A stretch of 64,000 nt of DNA from NCBI GenBank assembly GCA_950097015.1, contig CATNEN010000038.1:24366001-24430000 (forward strand). Reading direction: 5' to 3'. Every line of letters starts with the position of its first letter. Position 1 is the first letter of the stretch. Made by a program: the position numbers and the translations under genes. The stretch is from Macrostomum hystrix (taxonomy: Eukaryota; Animalia; Platyhelminthes). The notes beneath the pieces are model-generated. The model did no database searches, had not been told where the DNA came from, and saw nothing but the letters and a program-made list of their open reading frames with translations. Of the stretch, positions 46,428 to 60,900 are shown in pieces.

Positions 46428-48902
46428 GTTGATAAAATCGACGATCTGTTCTTAACTATCGATGGATAAAATCGTCTATCCGTTCTTAACTGTCGATAGA
46501 TAAAATCGTCGATCCGTTCTTAACTGTCGATAAAAAAAATCGACGATCCGTTCTCAACTGTCGATAGATAAAATCGTCGATCCGTTCTCAACTGTCGACA
46601 GATAAAATCGTCGATCCGTTCTCAACTGTCGACAGATAAAATCGTCGATCCGTTCTCAACTGTCGACAGATAAAATCGTCGATCCGTTCTCAACTGTCGA
46701 TAGATAAAATCGTCGATCCGTTCTCAACTGTCGATAGACAAAATCGTCGATCCGTTCTCAACTGTGGATAGATAAAATCGTCGATCCGTTCTCAACTGTC
46801 GACAGATAAAATTGTCGATCTGTTCTCAACTGTCGATAGATAAAATCGTCGATCCGTTCTCAACTGTCGATAGATAAAATCGACGATCCGTGCTCAACTG
46901 TCGATAGATAAAATCGACGATCCGTTCTCAACTGTCGATAGATTTTCGTCGATCCGTTCTCAACTGTCGATAGATTTTCGTCGATCCGTTCTCAACTGTC
47001 GATAGATTTTCGTCGATCCGTTCTCAACTGTCGACAGATAAAATCGTCGATCTGTTCTTAACTGTCGATACATAAAATCGACGATCCGTGCTCAACTGTC
47101 GATAGATAAAATCGACGATCCGTTCTCAACTGTCGATAGATTTTCGTCGATCCGTTCTCAACTGTCGATAGATTTTCGTCGATCCGTTCTCAACTGTCGA
47201 TAGATAAAATCGACGATCCGTTCTCAACTGTCGATAGATAAAATCGACGATCCGTTCTCGACTGTCGATAGATAAAAATCGTCGATCCGTTCTCAACTGT
47301 CGATAGATAAAATCGTCGATCCGTTCTCGACTGTCGATAGAAAAAATCGACGATCCGTTCTCAACTGTCGATAGATAAAATCGTCGATCCGTTCTCAACT
47401 GTGGATAGATAAAATCGTCGATCCGTTCTCAACTGTCGATAGATAAAATCGTCGATCCGTTCTCAACTGTCGATAGATAAAATCGACGATCCGTGCTCAA
47501 CTGTCGATAGATAAAATCGACGATCCGTTCTCAACTGTCGATAGATTTTCGTCGATCCGTTCTCAACTGTCGATAGATTTTCGTCGATCCGTTCTCAACT
47601 GTCGATAGATTTTCGTCGATCCGTTCTCAACTGTCGACAGATAAAATCGTCGATCTGTTCTTAACTGTCGATACATAAAATCGACGATCCGTGCTCAACT
47701 GTCGATAGATAAAATCGACGATCCGTTCTCAACTGTCGATAGATTTTCGTCGATCCGTTCTCAACTGTCGATAGATTTTCGTCGATCCGTTCTCAACTGT
47801 CGATAGATAAAATCGACGATCCGTTCTCAACTGTCGATAGATAAAATCGACGATCCGTTCTCGACTGTCGATAGATAAAAATCGTCGATCCGTTCTCAAC
47901 TGTCGATAGATAAAATCGTCGATCCGTTCTCGACTGTCGATAGAAAAAATCGACGATCCGTTCTCAACTGTCGATAGATAAAATCGTCGATCCGTTCTCA
48001 ACTGTCGACAGATAAAATCGTCGATCCGTTCTCAACTGTCGATAGATAAAATCGTCGATCCGTTCTCAACTGTCGACAGATAAAATCGTCGATCCGTTCT
48101 CAACTGTCGATAGATAAAATCGTCGATCCGTTCTCAACTGTCGACAGATAAAATCGTCGATCCGTTCTCAACTGTCGATAGATAAAATCGTCGATCCGTT
48201 CTCAACTGTCGATAGATAAAATCGACGATCCGTTCTCAACTGTCGATAGATAAAATCGTCGATCCGTTCTCAACTGTCGATAGATAAAATCGACGATCCG
48301 TTCTCAACTGTCGATAGATAAAATCGTCGATCCGTTCTCGACTGTCGATAGAAAAAATCGACGATCCGTTGGCTCTTTCCGTAGAAAGTCGACGATCCGT
48401 TTTTACCTTCCGATAGATCAATCGACGATCCGTTCTTAACTGTCGATAGATGAAATCGTCAATCCGTTCTTAACTGTCGACAGATAAAATCGTCGATCCG
48501 TTCTCAACTGTCGACAGAAAATCGTCGATCCGTTCTCAACTGTCGATAGATAAAATCGTCGATCCGTTCTCAACTGTCGACAGAAAATCGACGATCCGTT
48601 CTCAACTGTCGATAGATGAAATCGTCAATCCGTTCTCAACTGTCGATAGATAAAATCGTCGATCCGTTCCCAACTGTCGACAGATAAAATCGTCGATCCG
48701 TTCTCAACTGTCGATAGATAAAATCGTCGATCCGTTCTCAACTGTCGATAGATAAAATCGTCGATCCGTTCTCAACTGTCGACAGAAAATCGACGATCCG
48801 TTGGCTCTTTCCGTAGAAAGTCGACGATCCGTTTTTACCTTCCGATAGATAAAATCGACGATCTCTTCTTTACTGTCGATAGATAAAATCGACTATCCGT
48901 TA
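46428..48902. repeat. CpG-rich satellite, 34-bp (GATAAAATCGTCGATCCGTTCTCAACTGTCGATA)
   Basis: About 2.5-kb tandem array with a 603-bp higher-order duplication. Confidence 0.96.
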
Positions 48903-49667
48903 ACTTGATAGACAGAATGGACAAACCAATGTTGGTTATCTGTATAGAGAACTAGTATCCGGTACTTTGTGAAACAATATCAAAATTCGTCAAATATTTT
49001 TACGTCAGTTTGTTCCTAATCCGATTTATCGTATTAATTTGTTTTCTCAAAGGGTTTGCAGGTCGTGTTTTCTTTGCCATTGTGGACTGTAACTTCTGCT
49101 TGTGTATGTTGTTTATTTTGTACTTGCTTAAATTTTGTGTTACCTAACTAAGTACGAGTATGACTGACTAAATCTAGTTTACATCCATATTTAAACTGAA
49201 AAAACCGACTTATCTGATGTTCCTTTTTAATTAACTGAGCATTGAAATCGTGTTCATATATGTTTAAACAGCAAAAAACTTTTTTGAACTGCATTTTTTC
49301 TCTATAAACGCGCTCCCTTTTCATCAACTAATGTCGAAAAAAAAGATATTAAAAAATATGTTGTTCGACTTCTCTCGTATATTATAGGAATTGTTTTTGT
49401 TTAACAATTCGGTAATCAATAATACCAGTTGTAGCGTTTCACACTACCAAAAATTAATTTATTAGGTCAGTGTTTTTCATGTTTGTAACTCGTAATAACT
49501 GACTATATAAATAATACACTTTAGTTGCTACGGTCCGATAATTATCACTGCAGTATTTCTTAATGTCCTTCAGCTTTGCACTCACGGCCTTGACACTAAC
49601 CTCACACTGACTTGCGCTTACTTACTGCCTTGTATTTGTTGTTATTTTCTTTTGTATATTACAGATA

Positions 49668-50190
49668 TTACAGACTTCAGGGTGACAGTATTTGAGACTT
49701 CAGGTGGCAGTAATACAGACTTCAGGGTGACAGTATTTGAGACTTCATGTGGCAGTAATACAGACTTCAGGGTGACAGTATTTGAGACTTCATGGGGCAG
49801 TAATACAGACTTCAAGGTGACAGTATTTGAGACTTCAGGGGGCAGTAATACAGACTTCAGGGTGACAGTATTTGAGACTTCAGGTGACAGTATTTGAGAC
49901 TTCAGGTGGCAGTAATACAGACTTCAGGGTGACAGTATTTGAGACTGCAGGGGGCAGTAATACAGACTTCAGGGTGACAGTATTTGAGACTTCAGGGGGC
50001 AGTAATACAGACTTCAGGGTGACAATATTTGAGACTTCAGGGGGCAGTAATACAGACTTCAGGGTGACAGTATTTGAGACTTCAGGGGGCAGTAAAACAG
50101 ACTTCAGGGTGACAGTATTTGAGACAGGGGGAAGTAAAACAGACTTCAGGTCGACAGTAATAGAGACTTCAGGTCGACAGTAATACAGAC
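49668..50190. repeat. Minisatellite, 45-bp (dimer of GACTTCAGG subunits)
   Basis: Tandem array. Confidence 0.93.
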
Positions 50191-50814
50191 ATAAGGGTGG
50201 CACTATTACAGGTTTTTTCTGTAAATAGAGGTGATATTACAGGCTCAAAGGACAGACAGTCCTTATCGCTTAAGTAAGACAGTACTTATACCGAGTTAAG
50301 TGGTTATAAAAATCATTTGCATTGAAATCCCAAGTCTCAGCTGTTCAATTGGGATTAGCAAAGCATATATCCCATCTCACTGTAGACACACGTCGCCTCA
50401 GTCAATAATGTCTTCAGCTGACAGTATACTATGTAGCGCTAGTTACTTACTCTAATACGCGTGTAAGAAAACTAAATGGATTTTCGCTAACTCGCAGTGT
50501 ATTTTGGTTCTCTAATTGCCTGTATGAATGGTTCGTTCGTAACACCTATAGCTCAATGTACCGTATAGATTTTTATTGTCCACTGACTTAAACATGGGCT
50601 TGTCATTAGCATTACGGTGCCTGTTATTTTGTGACCAAAAATGACAACGAAACTGTTTTAGCTGTCTGCACCTAGTTTTTAGTATTGACTGGCCTGTTTG
50701 TCAAAATCAGTAAAATTACCTGCTAACCTGAAGCCAACACAGCCATTGTTAATCATCACCTTTCAAGATCAAGGTTCGGGCTTTTAGAAAGAACCCGTCT
50801 GACAAAACTGTCAC

Positions 50815-51145
50815 GTTTCCTAGAATGATCAAATTTAGACGAATTGTCCCATTTCCTAGAAAGATCCCATCTAGACGTATTGTCCAATTTCCTAGAAAGA
50901 TCCCATCTAGAAGAATTGTCCAATTTGCTAGAAAGATCCTATCTAGAAGAATTGTCCAATTTGCTAGAAAGATCCCATCTAGACGTATTGTCCCATTTCC
51001 TAGAAAGATCCCATCTAGACGTATTGTCCCATTTCCTAGAAAGATACACGAATTACCGCATTTCCTAGAAAGATCCCATCTAGAAGTATTGCCCCATTTC
51101 ATTGAAATATCCTATCTAGGTGTATTGTCCCATTTCCTAGACAAA
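50815..51145. repeat. Minisatellite, 36-bp (TTTCCTAGAAAGATCCCATCTAGACGTATTGTCCCA)
   Basis: Tandem array. Confidence 0.9.
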
Positions 51146-52399
51146 TCCTACTAAAATAACTGTATTATCTGAAAGATCCCATCTTAGAAAGCCATCACAT
51201 TTTGGGATTTTTAAGACTGCGTAGAGCTAGCTGTTCAGTCCGTGGACCGGGGATTCGGAACGCCGCCACACCTTCGCCGACGTGTGTCTTGAAAGAAAAC
51301 GAAATAAAAAAATAACGCGAGTTTTCTTAACATCGAATAATTTTTCCCAACTCTCTCAATCTAAAAGTTTGAGTGATGTTCCGCTCTTTGTATTTAAAAA
51401 ATCGGTGTCTTTGTCAGAAATAAAGTGAAGCAAAGTTTTTTGTCAATTAACGGCTTCAATCAAAAAATTGTTTAACCGCCGAGGAACTCAGAAATTCTCT
51501 TCCGTCGCAGCCATTCAGCAAGGTGCCGCTCGACGCCAGCCGCCTCAGCCGAATCCTCGTCGGCCATCAAAGACTGGCGCTTTCCAAGAAACTCGGACAC
51601 CCGCTTGCTGTTTTCGATGTCTGAAAAGAGTAGATTTTCCCGCGTTAAAAATAGAGATTTACCATAGACTATCGGACTAAATAAGGAATGCTTACATGGT
51701 CTTGATTGCACTTCCGTAGTCATGGCGACCAGCAGCCCAACGAGGATGGCGATCGACAGAAAAGTGACTCGGGCTGTCGAATAAGAATTTTAAATTGTGT
51801 GGAAATTTATTTTAACAAAAACATTTTCGCAATTTTCAAACAACAGACTCACCGCGCATTTTTAGTTTTAGATTTCAGGGTGCAACTAAAATGAATTTAA
51901 GCAAAGGAGAAACTGGATTGTAACACAGCGAAAATTGCCTTTTATATTGTCTGTTTGAGATATTTCACTGGCTTTAAGGTTGAGTCGATTGTGATTGGCT
52001 GAGTACTTTCTCTATCTTGTGTTCGTTTTGTTCGCAAAGCTTCTATCAAATGATAGCATTTTTGCACGCGCAAATGTTTGAACAGCTTTGAAATCTGTGA
52101 GCATTGTCGTACAATTTTCATTTATGAATCACTAAAAATGATACAATTCCCTGTTTAATGCAAAACTACAACTTCTCCCAAGTTATAGCTTCCGTGAGGA
52201 TCAACTTTAAGCAAAGTATTTTTCACCTACGGGTGCGGCAACGAGTGTCACAAATCAATAAATTAGAAAGCAGATCTTGTGTATCAGGGTGTCTTCTGAA
52301 AAACTTCCCGCAAGACTCAAAGCATTCTCAACGAGAAAAAAGTCGTAAAATTTTTTCTGTCGTAAGTCGTAACATATATAGTGCACATTTTGGAAAGGT

Positions 52400-54102
52400 T
52401 ATACACCTGTTAGTTCTTAAACATGTTATACAGTCCATACACCTGCTTGACAGTTCATACACCTGCTATACAGTTCATACACGTGTTAGTTCATACACTT
52501 GTTAAACAGTTCATACACCAGTTACAGTTAATACACCTGTTAGACAGTTCATGCACCTGTTAGACAGTTCATACATCTGTTAGGCAGGTCATACACCTGT
52601 TAGACAGTTAATACACCTGTTAGGCAGGTCATACACCTGTTAGACAGTTCATACACCTGTTAGACAGTTAATACACCTGTTAGACAGTTCATACACCTGT
52701 TAGACAGTTCATGCACCTGTTAGACAGTTCATGCATCTGTTAGGCAGGTCATACACCTGTTAGACAGGTCATACACCTGTTAGGCAGGTCATGCACCTGT
52801 TAGACAGTTAATACACCTGTTAGACAGGTCATACACCTGTTAGACAGTTCATGCACCTGTTAGACAGTTCATGCATCTGTTAGGCAGGTCATACACCTGT
52901 TAGACAGGTCATACACATGTTAGGCAGGTCATGCACCTGTTAGACAGTTAATACACCTGTTAGACAGGTCATACACCTGTTAGACAGTTCATGCACCTGT
53001 TAGACAGTTCATGCATCTGTTAGGCAGGTCATACACCTGTTAGACAGGTCATACACATGTTAGGCAGGTCATGCACCTGTTAGACAGTTAATGCACCTGT
53101 TAGACAGTTCATGCACCTGTTAGACAGTTCTTGCATCTGTTAGGCAGGTCATACACCTGTTAGACAGGTCATACACCTGTTAGGCAGGTCATGCACCTGT
53201 TAGACAGTTCATGCACCTGTTAGACAGTTCATACACATGTTAGACAGTTAATACACCAGTTAGACAGTTCATACACCTGTTAGGCAGGTCATACACCTGT
53301 TAGGTGGGTCATACACCTGTTAGACAGTTAATACACCAGTTAGACAGTTCATACACCTGTTAGGCAGGTCATACACCTGTTAGACAGTTAATAAACCTGT
53401 TAGGCAGGTCATACACCTGTTAGGTGGGTCATACACCTGTTAGGCAGGTCATACACCTGTTAGGTGGGTCATACACCTGTTAGGCAGGTTATGCACCTGT
53501 TAGACAGTTAATAAGCCTGTTAGGCAGGTCATACACCTGTTAGACAGTTAATACACCTGTTAGACAGTTAATAAACCTGTTAGGCAGGTCATACACCTGT
53601 TAGGTGGGTCATACACCTGTTAGGCAGGTCATACACCTGTTAGACAGTTCATACACCTGTTAGACAGTTCATACACCTGTTAGGCAGGTCATACACCTGT
53701 TAGGCAGGTCATACACCTGTTAGGTAGGTCATACACCTGTTAGGCAGGTCATACACCTGTTAGACAGTTAATACACCTGTTAGACAGGTCATACACCTGT
53801 TAGGCAGCTCATACACCTGTTAGGCAGCTCATACACCTGTTAGGTAGGTCGTACACCTGTTAGGCAGGTCATACACCTGTTAGACAGTTAATACACCTGT
53901 TAGACAGGTCATACACCTGCTAGACAGTTAATACACCTGTAAGACGGTTAATACACCTGTTAGACAGTTAATTCACCTGTTAGATATTGATACACCTGTT
54001 AGACAGTTAATACACCTGTTAGACAGTTAATACACCTGTTAGACAGTTAATACACCTGTTAGGCAAGTCATACACATGTTAAACAATTCATACACATGTT
54101 AG
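52400..54102. repeat. Minisatellite, 20-bp (TAGACAGTTCATACACCTGT)
   Basis: Tandem array. Confidence 0.96.
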
Positions 54103-54607
54103 ATGGCTGAGAGACATGTGATACATTTCACACACCTTTTCATTTATGATATTGAATGCTTAGTTTTTTCATGAGAATATATTTTACGCTACAAGCTAAG
54201 ACTGAATGCGCAGCTCAAGTATTTTTTCTATAATTAGAAACAGTTGACGCAACAATGTCACATGCTAATTTTTTTAATCGGACTCAACCACACAGACTCC
54301 CAAACTGAGCAGTCAGTGATGGCCCTGTGGTTTTTAGATAATATTTTTATTACCTCTGAAAACATAGGCCAGTCTAAGCGGCGATCTAGTTGAATGTCCT
54401 CACACTCAAATCGTTGTCATAGCAACGGTTTGAGCCTGGAATACAATTAATAGCCGTACGGTTGTGCAGTGTGAGGTGGGAAAATAAAATAAAACTATCG
54501 AGAAATTTGTTTCCATTTATTAATCTCCGTTTCCTATAATATACTTGGCATCAAACACTGGAACAGGTCTAGCTATTAAGAACGGACTCAAGAGTTTAAA
54601 GAAGAAG

Positions 54608-54919
54608 ATGTCAAGGAGGCAGTCCGAATCGCCGCTACCGTTAGCGCTGTTTCCTGGAAATGAAGATTACCTCAACGGCGACGCTTCGACTGTCGGTGGC
54701 GTCCTGCAGGAGCGTCGACTGCGCGCTGGCAACCTTCAGGAGCTGCTGGCCCTGTGGCAGGGCGATCCGATGAAGGAGCTGCGACTTCGTCTCGATGGCA
54801 ACGATCATGGAGAGCTGCTGCCGTGCCGGCTGATGCACGCGGCTGTTGCTGCCGACAACCGGGACACAGTCAGGGGCCTGCTTGAGACCGATGCTCAACT
54901 GGCTCTGATAGCTAACTCG
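54608..54919 (+). CDS. TRP channel exon 1 (ankyrin)
   Basis: MSRRQSESP...LMHAAVAADN...IANS, GTGGGT donor. Confidence 0.75.
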
Positions 54920-57900
54920 GTGGGTGAAGACTGAGCTTAATTGGCATTGACATATTGTCACTCAGTATGAAAGGATTTTGGGGTGAGTGAAGTGTGATTG
55001 GGGTGAATGAAGTGTGATTGAGGTGAATGTAATGTGATTGAGGTGAATGTAATGTGATTGAGGTGAATGAAGTGTGATTGGGGTGAATGAAGTGTGATTG
55101 AGGTGAATGTAATGTGATTGAGGTGAATGTAATGTGATTGAGGTGAATGAAGTGTGATTGGGGTGAATGAAGTGTGATTGAGGTGAATGTAATGTGATTG
55201 AGGTGAATGTAATGTGATTGAGGTGAATGTAATGTGATTGAGGTGAATGAAGTGTGATTGGGGTGAATGAAGTGTAATTGGGGTGAATGAAGTGTAATTG
55301 GGGTGAATGAAGTGTGATTGGGGTGAATGAAGTGTGATTGAGGTGAATGTAATGTGATTGAGGTGAATGTAATGTGATTGAGGTGAATGTAATGTGATTG
55401 AGGTGAATGAAGTGTGATTGGGGTGAATGAAGTGTAATTGGGGTGAATGAAGTGTAATTGGGGTGAATGAAGTGTAATTGGGGTGAATGAAGTGTAATTG
55501 GGGTGAATGAAGTGTGATTGGGGTGAATGAAGTGTGATTGAGGTGAATGTAATGTGATTGAGGTGAATGTAATGTGATTGAGGTGAATGTAATGTGATTG
55601 AGGTGAATGAAGTGTGATTGGGGTGAATGAAGTGTAATTGGGGTGAATGAAGTGTAATTGGGGTGAATGAAGTGTAATTGGGGTGAATGAAGTGTGATAG
55701 GGGTGAATGAAGTGTGATAGGGGTGAAGGAAGAGTAATTGGGGTGAAGGAAGAGTAAGCAGTAGTAATAATAGCATCCCTTGGCCGACTAGCTAAACACT
55801 CTTCCGCCACCTCAGCGCCAGGAGCTGCCACTTCACGTCGCCTGCCGACTCGGCCGATCCGTTGCCGCGGCGCTGATGCTGCCGGCGATGTCGGTGGAGG
55901 CGGCCAACTCGCTGGACGGTCGGGGCAGGTCGCCGCTTCACTTGGCTGCGGAGTTCGGGCAGGTCGACTGTCTGGCAGAACTGCTGGCCTGCGGCCTCTG
56001 CGACCTGGCGATGCTCGACTCGGTGAGATGGGGCTCAGATGATGCTGAGATGGGGCTGAGATGGGGCTGAGATGGGGCTGAGATGGGGCTGAGATGGGGC
56101 TGAGATGGGGCTGAGATGGGGCTGAGATGGGGCTGAGATGGAGCTGAGATGGGGCTGAGATGGGGCTGAGATGGGGCTGAGATGGGGCTGAGATGGGGCT
56201 GAGATGGGGCTGAGATGAAGCTGAGTTGAGAGGTTGAGCACATCTCACACACCTCCGATCTCCGCAGTCGGGTAGGTCAGCCGTCGACTGCGCCAGGGAG
56301 GCGGGCGCCGCGGCTCGCGGCTGCCTGCGGCTGCTTGAATCGGTGGCGTCTTCGCCGGCTTCGCTGGCGCCGCTGCGGCTCGGTCGGCTGGAGCCGGCGA
56401 GGAGCCACGGCTGCCGGGACGGAGAGCTGCGGGCCTGGGGTGGCGTCAGTGACTGCGTGCGGCTGGCCAACAACTGCTTCGGAGAGGTCGAGTTCCCCGG
56501 GCTGGGCAACACGGCGCAGGTGAGAGGCAGTTATTCCATGGCAACTGTAGCCAGTGCGAAAGCCTTCAAACATGAGACAAACTTCTGAATGCCCTGTGAG
56601 ATCAGCTGCAACTCACTGCAACTCTCTAATCGATATCGCCCGGATGTCCCAAATAAATTCCATGGAAATCCCGCAAATTTCCCACGGAAATCCCATGGAA
56701 ATCCCGCAAATTTCCCATGGAGATCCCATGGAAATCCCGTAAAAACCACAGTTCTGCCGCCTGACGGGCAGCTGTTCAGACGCGGACCTGGCGCAGCTGC
56801 TGCTGGGCCGCTGGTCGCTCGGCCGGCCATCTCTGGTGCTGAGCGTCCACGGCAGCCATTGCGACAAGGCCTCATTCAGGGCCGCCTGGCAGAAGGGGCT
56901 CTGGAAGACTGCGGCTGGCTCCGGTGAGCTGCTAGATTCAATGCGATCAATGCAGTGCTTTTTCGGATCATGAATAAATTATTAAACTGCTTACAGGCGC
57001 CTGGATCGTCACCAACTGCTTCTCCAATCTGGCGAGGACCACCGGCCAGGCAGTCAGGGACTTCTGCGACGCCTACGGGCCGGACAGCGTGCGAGCCATC
57101 GGCCTCTGCAGCTGGGGACGAACAGCTGGATCTCAGAGCCTCTGCTCCGACGCATTCGATGTGTGTCTCGAGTCTGATAGACTTGATGCGGGATGGATTC
57201 TGATTGGCTGGGAGCTGGCTGTGTTTGATTGGCTGGGAGCGGCATGTATTCTGATTGGCTCGGAGCGGCATGTATTCTGATTGGCTGGGAGCGGCATGTA
57301 TTCTGATTGGCTGGGAGCGGCATGTATTCTGATTGGCTGGGAGCGGCATGTATTCTGATTGGCTGGGAGCGGCATGTATTCTGATTGGCTGGGAGCGGCA
57401 TGTATTCTGATTGGCTGGGAGCGGCATGTATTCTGATTGGCTTGTAGCGAATTAATTCTGATTGGCTGAATTTCTGATTCGCTAGCTAGCAGTATTTTAT
57501 TTTACTGCTAACCGAGAAGAGTTTCTTGCTTTATATTGCAGGGCTGCAGTCCTGCAAAGTACCACGCAACAACAGAATCTAAAGAATTAGAAGCAGACTC
57601 AAGCCAAACCGATGGCAGCAAACTTTTAGATCCGAATCACTCTCACCTGCTGCTGTTGGACTGCGGCCATCGCGGCGATGCCGACTGCTGTCGTGAATTG
57701 GACCAGTTTCGTTCCAGATTTGAGTCGCTACTCAAAGACTGGCCGAGGATGGCGTTGGATGTTGCAGATTTCACCTACTCTACAACCGATTTTAAGGGTA
57801 AAAAGTGGCACCATTAAGTTTTTTTTACTGAAAAGGAAGATAAAGAAGGAAAATAGAATTTAATGTAGGTAAATTAATGAACGTGAAAAAACGTACGAAA

Positions 57901-60900
57901 AAAGTAACTAACAAAAAGTAACGGACTGAAAATGAAACTTTTTCGTTCCCTTTGAGATCAGACAGTAAGAAATCTGGTTATTTTACTTAATTCTTGATTA
58001 GCGAGTGGATTAAACACGCATTCTAACTCAGAAAATAACAGATTTGATTAGTTTAATGGTAATAAATCAACGATAAAGATTCTGACCACTTTGACAGACT
58101 CCGAGGCCACCTCGGTGCCGCTCTGCTGCCTTCTAGTCGGTGGCGTTGGCAGCGCCATCCTCGCCAGCGTCCATTGCAGCGTGCACGTCAACCGCAATCC
58201 CCTGCTCATCGTCGGCGGCACCGGTGGCCTAGCCGATCTGCTGACCAAACTGTTAAAGGACATCGACGATTACTCCGGCAGCGGCGGCGGTGGCGAAGCG
58301 AAACGAAACGTCAGCGATCCGCTGAGCGTTGAATCTCTGCAGCTGCGTCTCCAGGAGGCCTGGCAGCTGACAGCACCGCAGTCGCAGTCGTTGGACGCCG
58401 AGATTCGCCAATTGTGCCAGCTGACGGTGGACTCCCGGCATCGAATCGAAGTCTTCCAACTGGACGTTGATTCGGCGTCAGATCTCGATGCCCGAATTCT
58501 TGGCTGCCTGTTGAATTCGGCTAGCAGCGTCACCGATGAGCTCGAGAACCCTCGGCTGAACAGCGAGCAGTTGCGAATGGCCATGGCTCTGGATCGCTGC
58601 GACATCGCCAGGCAGAAGGTGTTCGGCGACAGCGGCGCGCGTCGTTGGCGAGACGGCGATCTGGACCGGTTTATGCTGACGGCGCTGCGAGACAATCGGG
58701 TGGCTTTTGTGTGCCTATTTGTTCAGCAGGGCTTCGGACTCGATCGCTTTGTCAATACCCGACTGTTGGAGGCGTTGTACACTGAAGACTACGGCAGTGG
58801 GGTACGATCACTCGAAGCTAATTTTCAGTTTGTTTAAATCTGCTACGTGCATACGTTTAAAGGTATTTACGTTATTTTTAATACCGTGTGTAATTTTTTT
58901 AGGTTACTATGAGATCTAGTATTTAACGTTTCGTAAACTCAAGCTCCATTTATTTATGTTCTGTCATACTTAGATTAAAAAAGAAAATAAGTTCTGGTTT
59001 CTGTTACGAATGTATACCCTGCTTATTTTTGTTCTGATAATGTTTTATCTGGCCCCACGATAAGAGATTCACATTTAGACAGTGTTGGGCGCGCGTTACC
59101 AAAAAGTACCGAAAATGGCGGTAATGAACGTTACTGATTATTTTGTATCGGAAAATTGGGTAACGAAAAAGTAGCAAATATAGTAACTGTCGTTACTTTA
59201 AATAGTTAACGAAATTTGGAGTTTGTAACAAAAAACTTCAATCAAAATAAGTGCGAAATGTATAAATGTAAAACAAAGAAATCAAAATATAGTTGCTAAT
59301 TATATAAATTCGCCAATTTTTTTGCTATGAATTTAAAGAAACACAATAAAAATGTATTAATGCAGCAAAAGAAATTATTTACAGTTCTGCAAAATTCTTT
59401 TTCATTTTTTTCGGAAACAGGTAACGGAAAATGCACATTCTTGGTAACGACTCTATCGTTACCATCATTTCCGTTACCAGACCGTGGTACGTGAAAAATA
59501 ATTACGTTACAAAAAAGTAACGATCGTTACCAAATGAGTACTGGTCCACTAGTAACGAGTAACGCGTCCAAAACTGCATGTAACAATTTATATTCATTAT
59601 TTATATAACAGATTTTTTTATACCTGTTTAGTTGTTCATAAAAGGAAATACTAAATTTATTTAAATACTTCAGTTTTGAATATTCTTCCGTTTCATTTAT
59701 ATTTACCACTTAGCAAAATTCAACACAAAGCAAATTCGTTGTTTTCACATCACTTGTTAATTCGTTAAAAATTGATTTCTCGTCCTCAGTTCGCGTGAAA
59801 ATTACCAAAAAATTAATTTTCATTCAACAAAAATAAATAACCCTTTAATACTTATTGTTGTATTTATTTTTTTATAAATGTTTTTGATTTTAATATTCGT
59901 AAAAATATCTACCCAGGAAATTAAACTTTTCGGGTGTTGCAATTTTAATAGTTCGGGAATATTTATCGCATTTTTACCGCAGTTAAAAAGCTATAAATGC
60001 TAAGCAAAGAAACCTCACTTAAAATAATAAGTACTGATACCCTTTCGTTTCACTAGTAAAGTTAAACTGGGATTCTAAAAAACTATACACGGTAATAAAT
60101 AAACTTACGAGAGTTCGTTTTAACATTTAAACAAATCATAATAAATTTTTAATTCGTATTTCCTTACTTTACAGAACCAGTCAACTCGACTTTTCCGGGC
60201 CTGTCTGGATGCGACAACAAGTAAAAAGGTAAATTATTCCTTGGAACTCGTTTCGTTACAACATGAACCGATGACGTCATGGGATTAAAGAGCTAGTTTA
60301 ACACGATGATCATTTGATAGTCCGATCATCAGAAATAATACTATCATTTGAGATACTCCAATCATTGGAGAAAATCTGATGATTGAAGATAATCCAATAA
60401 TAGGAGATAGTCCCATCAACGGATAATCCAATCATTGGAGATAATCCCATTAACGGATAATCCGATCTTTGGAGATAATCCCATCAACGGATAATTGGAT
60501 CATTGGAGATAATCCGATCAACGGATAAGTTGATCATTGGAGATAATCGCATTAACGGACAATCCGATCATTGGAGATAATCCCATCAACGGATAATTGG
60601 ATCATTGGAGATAATCGCATTAACGGACAATCCGATCATTGGAGATAATCCTATCAACGGATAATCCGATCATTGGAGATAATCCCATCAACGGATAATC
60701 TGATCATTTGAGATAATCGCATTAACGGATAATCCGATCATTGGAGAGATAATCAAATCATTGGAGATAATCCCATCAACGGATAATCCGATCATTGGAG
60801 ATAATCCTATCAACGGATAATCCGATCATTGGAGATAATCCCATCAACGGATAATCCGATCATTGGAGATAATCCCATCAACGGAGATAATCCGATCAAC

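Noticed and set aside
46428-48902. CRISPR-like array (34-bp partly palindromic repeats)
   Set aside because: Units are head-to-tail with no unique spacers, in eukaryotic context with no cas genes; the same holds for all other arrays
54958-56512. 516-aa and 272-aa minus-strand ORFs
   Set aside because: Antisense read-through of TRP exons and two intronic satellites
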